From: Pseudomonadota bacterium
GTDB taxonomy: Bacteria > Bdellovibrionota > FAC87 > UBA2466
Direction: 5' to 3'
DNA length: 64,000 nucleotides
Assembly: GCA_009927165.1 (NCBI GenBank)
Contig: RFNO01000038.1
Coordinates: forward strand, 13,574-77,573
Shown here: positions 1 to 7,996 of the stretch, in pieces
Layout of the letters: every line of letters starts with the position of its first letter
Numbering within the stretch: the first letter of the stretch is position 1
Notes under the pieces: generated by a model
Database searches by the model: none
What the model saw: the letters and a program-made list of their open reading frames with translations, nothing else
What the model was told of the DNA's origin: nothing
Position numbers and translations under genes: made by a program

Positions 1-1226
1 ACTTTGAAGGACGAGTTGCTTCACGCATTCCTCCAGAAATGGGAGGAAGTGTAGGAAGAGCTCTGTTGGGATTGGAATCCTTGAGAAGAATGCGTCCCGG
101 CCTCAGCTCAGTAAATTTCTTTATGGCTCAGATTTATCAAAAGCAGGGAAACGAAAATGAGTCGAAGAAAGCTTTTGATAGAGCTCTGAACCATGCTCCA
201 CCCGATCACCGAGCCCAATTGGTGAGCAAAGGTGAAGTCGGGGGTCAGCTTCCCTCGGAAGAACCTTCTGAATCAAAATTCTATTTTGGGGTTATCGCTA
301 ATCCAGCTGGAGGAACAGGACTTGTTTTGGGCAGACGAGATGATCGATTGGGGGATACACGTCGTAAATTAGACATGGCTATCTTTGGACAAAGTCGGGG
401 GATTGTTGGAGCACGAGTGAGTTATCAAGACGAAGAATCACTGAAACCTTATTTTCTGTCGGGTCGAGTGTTGGGACAGACTGAAATTGAGCAGTTTTAT
501 GGATTGGGCCAAGAAAGTAAACTCACTGAAATAACTGAAATTCATCAAAACCAGGGAAAGGCTGAGATTTCTTTGAAGAGAAACTTTCAAGCTTGGTATG
601 TTCAGATGGCAATTGATTGGTTTTATCGAGAGCCAACCAAGCTTTCGGGGGAGTATGCGAGCTCTGTGTTTCTAAGTGAGAAACAAAACAGTCTTTATCC
701 TTCCTTGGAGTTGGGGTGGGATAATCGAGAATCTCCATTTCAGCCGAGGCGAGGAACCTTAATTTTTGCACGCTTAGGGAAGGGCGTAAAAGGTATGGGG
801 AGTACCCATGAATTTGAGAGTTATCGATTAACTCTTAGGCAATGGTTTCCTGTGTTTCGCCGAGGGAGTGTTGAATGTAGGGTCACTCAAAGTTGGGTAT
901 CAGAAAATTCCCCGTTTGGCCTTCTTCCACAGCTGAGTGGTAACCCCGTGTTACCTGGTGTGCGTTGGGGGCGATTTAGAGATGGGGCAGCTCTCGCTGG
1001 TACAATTGAAGCTGTTACGCCCATAGCAGGTGAGCTCCGATTGGCAATATTTGGAAATGTGGGGAGAGTAGGAGAATCCGTGAGCGACCTGTGGAAAAAA
1101 AGTCTGTTAATGGGCGGCGGAGCAGCCTTAACTGTGGGATCCGGACCGTTTCAAAGCAGAATCGAAGTGGGTCAATTCGGAGGGGAGAGTATCATTCAGG
1201 TAGGGCTCCAACTTTCCTCTGAATGA
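1..1226 (+). CDS. Omp85/D15 surface-antigen family outer-membrane beta-barrel protein with N-terminal TPR-like segment (5' partial, runs off window start)
   Basis: The reading frame is open from nt 3, with no stop before the listed start at 39. There is a TPR-like stretch (FMAQIYQKQGNENESKKAFDRALNHAP). The rest has alternating-hydrophobic strands and motifs typical of the Bac_surface_Ag barrel (DNRESPFQPRRGTL, LPGVRWGRFRDGAAL, FGNVGRVG). Family call is from memory only. Confidence 0.5.
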   Translation, partial: FEGRVASRIPPEMGGSVGRALLGLESLRRMRPGLSSVNFFMAQIYQKQGNENESKKAFDRALNHAPPDHRAQLVSKGEVGGQLPSEEPSESKFYFGVIANPAGGTGLVLGRRDDRLGDTRRKLDMAIFGQSRGIVGARVSYQDEESLKPYFLSGRVLGQTEIEQFYGLGQESKLTEITEIHQNQGKAEISLKRNFQAWYVQMAIDWFYREPTKLSGEYASSVFLSEKQNSLYPSLELGWDNRESPFQPRRGTLIFARLGKGVKGMGSTHEFESYRLTLRQWFPVFRRGSVECRVTQSWVSENSPFGLLPQLSGNPVLPGVRWGRFRDGAALAGTIEAVTPIAGELRLAIFGNVGRVGESVSDLWKKSLLMGGGAALTVGSGPFQSRIEVGQFGGESIIQVGLQLSSE

Positions 1227-2310
1227 AATCCTGAATGAGGTCCTTCTGATTTTCAGCATCTTTCATTCCTAGGTCCAGAAGCTTTCGAATGTAAGGCGCA
1301 GAGAACATCAAATAACTGAGTAAATCTCCCATTTCCTCTGGGTTGGCCGTTGATTTTAAGAGTTGCCTAAAATGAAAGGGAACTTCTTCGATATGCCCTT
1401 TTGCGAGAGCCCCCAAATCCCGGCTCGGTCTCAACAATAGCGCATCAACCGGATTGGCGTTTTTACCTCGCATTCGATTAATGCGGAGCAGATTCTCATA
1501 ATCTAAATCGATACTATCGAGAAAAATCGAATTGAGTACTGCTCCAGCAATAAATCCCATGCCTGCTTGTTCAGGGCGTTCTTTGAAAGGGTTTTCTGGG
1601 TTGGGGCTTCGTATCCCAATCGCCAAAATTTTATTAGCTCCTAACTTGATGGCAGGGCTAAAAGGGAAATTAAATCTCAATGCTCCGTCACCATAAAAAA
1701 AGTCACCTATTCTGATCGGTTCGAAGAGGATCGGAATCGAGCAAGAGGCCATAATATGCTTCAGCTTGATAGGAGTTCGAATACCAATTCGATGAGCTCT
1801 CTCCCATCCTGCTTCCTCATGATGTGAATCAAAAAAGACGGTTGTGATCCCCGTGTGATAATTGGTCGCAGTTACTGCGAGTCCCCTTACTTTTCCTTGT
1901 CTAATCGCTCGGGCAATTTTCCAGAAATGGGTATGAGTCAGAATGGTCTGAGATAATGGACTGGCATCTAAAAGCGAACGCAGCAAAAGTTTTCGCGTCA
2001 ATTTGGATATGAAAAGGTCGTAGAGCCAACGATTCAAAATCGAAAAAAGATTGGTAAAATTAGTCTCTAGAACTTGCTCAAAAGTTAAGGAGTACCAAAG
2101 ATCATAAAGCTGTCTGGAGGCCACGGAAAAGGGTTGTCCTTGGGCCAGAAAGGAAGCATTGATAGAGCCCGAAGAAACCCCGGCATAAATCTGAGGATTA
2201 AACTCAGGAAAGTGTTCTCCAATATACCTAAGAACCCCAACTTGATAGGCCGCTCGGGCACCACCTGCCGAAAGGACTAGGCCTTGATTATGAGGGGAAA
2301 AATCATTCAC
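1192..2310 (-). CDS. patatin-like phospholipase
   Basis: The three patatin motifs occur in the correct order: GGxR oxyanion motif (LSAGGARAAY), GxSxG nucleophile (GVSSG) and catalytic Asp motif (YGDGALRFNFP). Confidence 0.85.
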   Translation of the reverse strand: MNDFSPHNQGLVLSAGGARAAYQVGVLRYIGEHFPEFNPQIYAGVSSGSINASFLAQGQPFSVASRQLYDLWYSLTFEQVLETNFTNLFSILNRWLYDLFISKLTRKLLLRSLLDASPLSQTILTHTHFWKIARAIRQGKVRGLAVTATNYHTGITTVFFDSHHEEAGWERAHRIGIRTPIKLKHIMASCSIPILFEPIRIGDFFYGDGALRFNFPFSPAIKLGANKILAIGIRSPNPENPFKERPEQAGMGFIAGAVLNSIFLDSIDLDYENLLRINRMRGKNANPVDALLLRPSRDLGALAKGHIEEVPFHFRQLLKSTANPEEMGDLLSYLMFSAPYIRKLLDLGMKDAENQKDLIQDFIQRKVGALPE

Positions 2311-2314
2311 CTTC

Positions 2315-3013
2315 TTATTTTACACCGGCTTCTTGAATCAGAAGAATAAATTCCCCTTTTTTCAGAGAACGCCGTTCGGCTTCCCGCTCCAAGTCTTTAA
2401 GAGTTCCCCAAAAATAAAACTCTGAGGAAGACCCGATTTCCCAAGCGAGAAAAGTATGGCGCTCAGCCCCTAAGATTTGGATACAATCCTTCAGTAGGGC
2501 CTGAAACCGGTAGGGGGTATCCATAAGGACTAAATGACCAGTCCCTGAAGCATACTGCCGTAATTGCTGTTGCCTTTCCTCCACTTTTGGAGAAAGAAAA
2601 CCTACTATCAAAAAAGGCGGAGACCAGCCTGATAAAGCACACGCTGTGCCCCAGGAAGTGGGGCCAGGAACGCAACGAATCGTGTACTCGAGGGAGTGAG
2701 CACTTTGAAGTACTTCATTCCCTGGATCAAACAGAATGGGCATCCCCATATCTGAAAAAAGACTGACACAAACACCTTTGTTTGCATAATTTTTCAGTTG
2801 TTTGGTTAATTCTGATTTATCCCTTACAGAAAGATTATCGAGATAAAAAATTTGAACATCTGGTTTTAAAGTTAGTTTGGCGAGCACGCGGCTAACAATC
2901 TTCGGGCTCTCTCCAATAATGAGGGTACTTTTTTCCAGAACTTCCGCTACCCAGCGTGGTGTTGGTTTTCGCTCGTCAAGGGGCATTCCCAAAACATAGA
3001 AACTAGATTTCAT
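2315..3013 (-). CDS. SAM-dependent methyltransferase, tetrapyrrole-methylase superfamily (RsmI-like)
   Basis: FYVLGMPLDE, LFSDMGMPILFDPG and GPTSWGTACALSG resemble the TP_methylase fold used by RsmI. The protein is divergent, so no substrate is called. The start overlaps the lptD stop by 4 nt. Confidence 0.5.
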   Translation of the reverse strand: MKSSFYVLGMPLDERKPTPRWVAEVLEKSTLIIGESPKIVSRVLAKLTLKPDVQIFYLDNLSVRDKSELTKQLKNYANKGVCVSLFSDMGMPILFDPGNEVLQSAHSLEYTIRCVPGPTSWGTACALSGWSPPFLIVGFLSPKVEERQQQLRQYASGTGHLVLMDTPYRFQALLKDCIQILGAERHTFLAWEIGSSSEFYFWGTLKDLEREAERRSLKKGEFILLIQEAGVK

Positions 3014-5364
3014 GAGGGGCCTCGGGTATTCGAAGTTCCAGTGGGCGGCCCTCCAAATGACAGACCAAAAACAAGGCGCGCATATCGTTCATTTTGAACC
3101 GTTCTTCCCGTTAGAAAACTCAAAGACCAGCAATTTCTGGGTTTAGCAGCAAATAAAAATCCAATCTGATAATTGCGAGTAATAGCTTGTCTGAAAGAGT
3201 GTTCTACTGAACCAAAAAAATCTAAATAAATCGGAAGCGTCTTATAAATAGATAAAACAATCGATTGATCATCATTAATTGGGTCAGCTTTTTGTCTGAT
3301 TAAAGTTGCCAAACTTACTTTATCTCCCAGCTCGCTGACATAGGAGAGGGTGCCCGACCAATCATTTTCATGAATTCCATTGATGCTTTTTAAACTATAA
3401 GTCCCCTGAATTTGGGTAGAAAATCTGCCCAGTTGGAGATCAAGATAACCTTCAAGAGGTCCCATTCCCGCTTCCTGATTATTAAGCGGGGAGGGTTTGA
3501 CAAAGTAATTGCTGGAGAGCTGAGCTAACATGAACCGTTGGGCTTCATTTGAGACTTTTTTGAGAAGCCGATTATTGAATTCAAATCTAAAAAAACCAAA
3601 CTCCTGATTATCATCTAAAATATCAAACCTGGGACTTGTAAAGCCAGGGTAGTCTGATTTAGCAAAAAATACGTGTTGGGGAGTAGCGCTCTTGTAAAGA
3701 CTTGCCGAAAAAAGCACACGAGGTTGAACAATGTGCCGAATTTTTTCTTCCGGGTTTTCAGCAGAACCATAAGTGCGAGACAAATAGAGAGCAAAGGGAA
3801 TTTCGGTTTCAATGTAACTTTGCTTTTCGATGCTCGGTTGAGGAAGATCGAATTGATAGGCCAGTAATCCAGCTTTTAGCACCGGTTGGAATTGAAAACC
3901 AGGTGCCAAAGGGGCATTGGCTACTAAACGAGGTTCTAAGTGAAGCCTTCTTCCCACTCTCAAAAAATCATTACTGTCGAAATCGGTATTAGAGTCAGAA
4001 ATGATGGGATTACTCAAATCAAACAACGGGTTATTGTTTGCGAGATCGGCATTGGTTGTTATTCGGCTTGAGGGAATATTATCCCAAGCCGAGTTCGGCC
4101 GAATATAATTGGTAAACCGACTGCCGACTTCAAAATAAAAATGATCCCAAAACAGAGGGGATGTCTTCTGGTAGAATCTAATCTCAGGAGCACTGCCTAC
4201 AGAGCCTTTGTCTGCTCCATGGTCAATCGTGTTTACGATCGATTGGTTAAGTTTCACAGTTGCCGTTGTTAACGTTGAGTTTCCGGGGGCTGAAAAAGAA
4301 ATTTGATTGCGCAAATACTGAAAGTCTCCCAATCCCCCTAAATCGTTCGGAAAATCCTGGGTCCAAAAGTTGTTAGTAACGAGATTAATATCCTGGCGTG
4401 ACTGGGTTCTTCCAAAAAGTGAGAGCTGGTTGTGAATATCCAGGGCAGCTTCACTGAAGAGGCCTGCGTAACGATGTTCTGAGGGGCGCACCCATGCGAT
4501 GCTTTCATTCGGGTTGAAGGGGCGCTCCAATAAAAAGATGCGAGCCTGTCCCTTTTTGGTAGATGAGTAGATATACCGATAATCAATCCCCAAATGATAA
4601 CCAATGTTAGTCCACCAAGTTGGGGTGAGAGTGAGGTCGTGCCAAGAACCCAGAGCAATAAAAAGGGGAAGTGAGAAACCCGTGCCGAGTCTTTCGCGAA
4701 ACGTCAGGGATGGAACCAGTACTCCAGTTTGCCTTTTAGTTTTAGCTGGGGCCACAAAATACGGGGTGTAAAATACTGGCAGCTCTTTCGTATAAAGAAT
4801 AGCATCGTAAATATGAACGTAAGATTCCAGTGTCAGAAAAAATTTTCGAGCATAAATTTTAACGTCAAAAGGGCACTTAGCCACGTCGCGATCGACGAAG
4901 GGAACCGTATTACAGTTTGTGTAAACTCCATCTTGAACTTCAAAATCTTCCTTACTGAGCTGATTGATCGCACTTCCCGAAATCACCGTTTGGCCAAAAA
5001 TTAAGGTCGCTTTTTCTAATGAAGCGTCACCACCCTCAAGAGCGTAGGTCCCGCTTTCACAAAAAATATCGAGGTCTTTGTCTTTGATATGGACATTGCC
5101 CGTTGCAAAGACTCTATTGAGCGTGAGGTCCACTTCAAGCTCATCAGCCGAAATCTCTTTGCCGGCCATTCTTACCCAGGCAGCTCCTCGACCTTTGAGG
5201 GTGTTTCGACTATTGTCACGTTGGTAAAAACTGGCACCAAATTCTAATCCTTGTCCGAGGGCTAAAAAGCCAAATGAGAGGAATAAAATTGAGATCGATA
5301 AATAAAGTTTCAAGTGTTTTAAACCTTCAACAATGCTGCAATCCCTTGACCCCCACCAATACAA
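3010..5364 (-). CDS. lptD: LPS-assembly outer-membrane protein LptD
   Basis: The N-terminus has an OstA-like region (ADELEVDLTLNRVFATGNVHIKDKDLDIFCESGTYALEGGDASLEKATL), followed by a long beta-barrel-like C-terminal part. The listed TTG start at 5364 overlaps the thiolase 3' end. TTG at 5313 would give MKLYLSISILFLSFGFLALG (a signal peptide) and is a plausible true start. Confidence 0.8.
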   Translation of the reverse strand: MYWWGSRDCSIVEGLKHLKLYLSISILFLSFGFLALGQGLEFGASFYQRDNSRNTLKGRGAAWVRMAGKEISADELEVDLTLNRVFATGNVHIKDKDLDIFCESGTYALEGGDASLEKATLIFGQTVISGSAINQLSKEDFEVQDGVYTNCNTVPFVDRDVAKCPFDVKIYARKFFLTLESYVHIYDAILYTKELPVFYTPYFVAPAKTKRQTGVLVPSLTFRERLGTGFSLPLFIALGSWHDLTLTPTWWTNIGYHLGIDYRYIYSSTKKGQARIFLLERPFNPNESIAWVRPSEHRYAGLFSEAALDIHNQLSLFGRTQSRQDINLVTNNFWTQDFPNDLGGLGDFQYLRNQISFSAPGNSTLTTATVKLNQSIVNTIDHGADKGSVGSAPEIRFYQKTSPLFWDHFYFEVGSRFTNYIRPNSAWDNIPSSRITTNADLANNNPLFDLSNPIISDSNTDFDSNDFLRVGRRLHLEPRLVANAPLAPGFQFQPVLKAGLLAYQFDLPQPSIEKQSYIETEIPFALYLSRTYGSAENPEEKIRHIVQPRVLFSASLYKSATPQHVFFAKSDYPGFTSPRFDILDDNQEFGFFRFEFNNRLLKKVSNEAQRFMLAQLSSNYFVKPSPLNNQEAGMGPLEGYLDLQLGRFSTQIQGTYSLKSINGIHENDWSGTLSYVSELGDKVSLATLIRQKADPINDDQSIVLSIYKTLPIYLDFFGSVEHSFRQAITRNYQIGFLFAAKPRNCWSLSFLTGRTVQNERYARLVFGLSFGGPPTGTSNTRGPS

Positions 5365-6518
5365 GCCGTAGCAATTCCCAAACCTCCTCCGACAGATTTC
5401 AAACGGTAAATCAAGTGAGTTGCTAGTCGGGTCCCACTTGCAGCGAGAGGATGGCCTACAGCAATTGCTCCCCCATCAATGTTGAGTTTGCTTACCGGGA
5501 ATTTTAATTCTCTTTGAACGGCTAAAACCTGGGCTGCAAAAGCTTCATTGATTTCAATCAAACGAATATCGGTTTCACTGACATCTAATTGTTTTAAGAG
5601 CTTGCGAGTGGCTTCTACCGGGCCCAAGCCCATTTCTTTAGGATCACATCCCGTAACGGTAGAACCACACCAAATAGCCAATACGGGCCAGCCGTGCTCT
5701 TGTGCTTTCTGTTGTGTAGTGAGAATCATAGCAGCAGCTCCATCACAAATACCGCTGGCATTGCCCGCAGTGACTACACCATCAGTTTTAAAAACCGGCT
5801 TGAGTTTTTTTAGAGATTCCAGAGTAGCATCAGTACGTAAATGTTCGTCGTTTAAAAATTGGGTTACTGAAGTTCGGGACTTGATTTCAACAGGGGTTAT
5901 TTCCTCTTTGAAATGTCCCTCCTTTTGGGCTGCCGCTGCTTTCTTTTGAGAATCCAAAGCAAAGGTATCGATTTCATCGCGAGTAATCGAATACTTTTCT
6001 GCAAGTCTTTCAGCTGTTAGCGCCATCGGTAAGTTGGCGTAAGTATCAAAGAGTCCAGCCATCAACGTATCTTCGATTTCCCCATTTCCCATTCGATAAC
6101 CAAATCGAGCTTTTCGCAGAGTGAAAGGAGCTTGGCTCATATTCTCAGTTCCACCCACTAGAACTACCGAAGCTTCTCCTAAACGAATGCGCCGGAAACC
6201 ATCTGCGGCAGCTTCCAACCCGGAACCACAGAGGCGGTTGAGAGTGAGGGCCGGAGTAGTTATGGGAATTCCTGTTTTGAGTCCAACATGCCTTGCCAGA
6301 TAGGCGGCATCCGAAGAGGAGGGGATGACGTTTCCAAAAACAACATGGTCAATCAAGTGAGGATCCATTTTTATTTGAGCCAGAGCCCCTTGAGAAGCTT
6401 GGACTGCGAGATCGGTAGCTGAAAAGTCTGTGAGAGAGCCTCCAAAAGCTCCGAATGCGGTGCGTTTAGCCGCTACGATTACGAGAGAGTCTTGATTCAA
6501 CGTTTTTTCGTTTTTCAT
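5319..6518 (-). CDS. acetyl-CoA C-acetyltransferase (thiolase II)
   Basis: Thiolase signatures are present: NRLCGSGLEA (active-site Cys), GNASGICDGAAA, GHPLAASGTRL and ACIGGGQGIA. Confidence 0.9.
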   Translation of the reverse strand: MKNEKTLNQDSLVIVAAKRTAFGAFGGSLTDFSATDLAVQASQGALAQIKMDPHLIDHVVFGNVIPSSSDAAYLARHVGLKTGIPITTPALTLNRLCGSGLEAAADGFRRIRLGEASVVLVGGTENMSQAPFTLRKARFGYRMGNGEIEDTLMAGLFDTYANLPMALTAERLAEKYSITRDEIDTFALDSQKKAAAAQKEGHFKEEITPVEIKSRTSVTQFLNDEHLRTDATLESLKKLKPVFKTDGVVTAGNASGICDGAAAMILTTQQKAQEHGWPVLAIWCGSTVTGCDPKEMGLGPVEATRKLLKQLDVSETDIRLIEINEAFAAQVLAVQRELKFPVSKLNIDGGAIAVGHPLAASGTRLATHLIYRLKSVGGGLGIATACIGGGQGIAALLKV

Positions 6519-6641
6519 AATGGGCCCAGGGGTTGAAGCGTAAAAAGTATCGAACCTAGGGGCATTGGTAAACGGTTTCTCAACGCAAAAAACACTTAAA
6601 AATCTTGAAATAGATGTTGGGTATTCTTAGAATTTTCAATC

Positions 6642-7385
6642 ATGGATTATTTCGAAAAAAATCGAACGGCCAACCGGGATGGCGCATTGCATAATTGTTG
6701 GGTGATGTGGGGGGATCAAGTAGCCCCAGTGGGTGATTTGTCTTTCAGTCGTTTGGTTGTGGACGAGGCCCCTGCCGATTTGGCTTTTCCTGAACAGGGG
6801 CCAGTTGAAGTCCGACTACAACTGCATACGCTTCAATTGAGTGCTACGGTTGTTTTTCATAGCCGGTCCAGCAAGTGGATTCGGCTGAGTTTTGGTAAAT
6901 TGTCGTTAGGCAATCAAGCAGTGTTAAGAGCTTTCCTACATTCAAAAAGAATCGCGGATTCTTTATTTGAAGTGGAAACGGTTACTAGCCTTACTCACTA
7001 TCACGGACTGAATGAAACAGAGCTCTTCATTGATAAACGGGGTGAAGTGTTTTTTACTTTTGTTGAGCCCGCAATGGAACAAAAGCAATTTGTATTAAGA
7101 ATGTCTGCTCAAGGAGAAATTCTACAAATAGGACTCATGAGTCGAGAAAGTTATTTGAGTTTAGAAAATATGGAAGGCCATTTTGATTTGTTACCGGAAG
7201 CCCCAAACCCATCTCACTGGGAGCTTTGTCGTGGCATTCTTACGAACTGGAAACCGTCGGTTGCCACCAAGTTGCCAGTGAAACAAAAAATTCTGCAAGC
7301 GATTTCTGATTATTTTTTGCAGAGGAAATATATGCCCACCAAGGTCGAAAGGAGTCGGCTGTGGCCTGGATATCAGTCTCATTAG
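6642..7385 (+). CDS. PilZ-like domain protein (N-terminal), function unknown
   Basis: RxxxR (RTANR) is followed about 20 residues later by DLSFSR, where PilZ has D/NxSxxG. After that comes the usual beta-barrel pattern (ATVVFHSRSSKWIRLSFGKLSLGNQAVLRAFL). Confidence 0.4.
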   Translation: MDYFEKNRTANRDGALHNCWVMWGDQVAPVGDLSFSRLVVDEAPADLAFPEQGPVEVRLQLHTLQLSATVVFHSRSSKWIRLSFGKLSLGNQAVLRAFLHSKRIADSLFEVETVTSLTHYHGLNETELFIDKRGEVFFTFVEPAMEQKQFVLRMSAQGEILQIGLMSRESYLSLENMEGHFDLLPEAPNPSHWELCRGILTNWKPSVATKLPVKQKILQAISDYFLQRKYMPTKVERSRLWPGYQSH

Positions 7386-7768
7386 TTTTTTCTTTGATTC
7401 ATTTGTTTGTCGCCTTTTCTGTGATGAGCTTTGCGGATCCTGGCCATTTGAATGAGCCAGTTGTTCCTTCTGAAAGTGATATGCGATTGCTCGTTAAGAG
7501 ACGGTTTGAAAAAAACGATTCGGCTCAACGAGGCGTTTTAATTTCCACTTCCTATCGTTGTCGAAGTGCTTGCCGATGTGAGGGAATGGCTCGAGCCAGG
7601 TCCTCAACGGAATATGTTGTTTGCGCCGATTCTCAAGAAGAGGCTACTGATATGGTTGTAGCAACCGGCGCATGTAAGTCTATTTGTCCTTTGGGCTCTG
7701 CTCCTCGTCCCGCTTCTCCCGCGTGCCAGCCTACGAATGTTCAGTGCAAAAAAGCTCATTGTCCTTAA
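7361..7768 (+). CDS. small secreted cysteine-rich protein, unknown function
   Basis: The GTG start is preceded by AAGGAG at 6-nt spacing. A signal-peptide-like N-terminus is present (MAWISVSLVFSLIHLFVAFSVMSFA). There are nine Cys in the last ~72 residues (hand count). Confidence 0.5.
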   Translation: MAWISVSLVFSLIHLFVAFSVMSFADPGHLNEPVVPSESDMRLLVKRRFEKNDSAQRGVLISTSYRCRSACRCEGMARARSSTEYVVCADSQEEATDMVVATGACKSICPLGSAPRPASPACQPTNVQCKKAHCP

Positions 7769-7821
7769 ATCCCCGTTATAAAATTGACGAAGGTTTAGGC
7801 ACCTGTCGAATCACTCAAAAA

Positions 7822-7839
7822 TGTCGAACTTTTTGACAG
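7822..7839. promoter_or_regulatory. 18-bp dyad element TGTCGAACTTTTTGACAG (TGTC-N9-GACA), candidate upstream activator site
   Basis: It matches 12958-12975 at 17 of 18 positions. It lies ~100 nt upstream of a sigma-54-type promoter. An extra half-site, CTGTCGAA, is at 7803-7810. Confidence 0.4.
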
Positions 7840-7931
7840 AGTAACCCCTTGAAGGAAGAAAGAAAATTAACCCTCCAATACCGAAATTGCGAAAGCGATC
7901 TAACTTTACCTTTTTCCCGCACAAAAAGCCT

Positions 7932-7947
7932 TGGCTCTCTCTTTGCA
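7932..7947 (+). promoter_or_regulatory. sigma-54-type -24/-12 promoter (TGGCTC-N5-TTGCA)
   Basis: The GG and GC dinucleotides are 11 nt apart, as in the TGGCAC-N5-TTGCA consensus. It is intergenic, on the same strand as the GTG start at 7997 and 50 nt upstream of it. Confidence 0.5.
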
Positions 7948-7996
7948 CCTCCAGGGGGTGATCGCACAACTGTTAAGCTTACGAAGGACCTGATAA

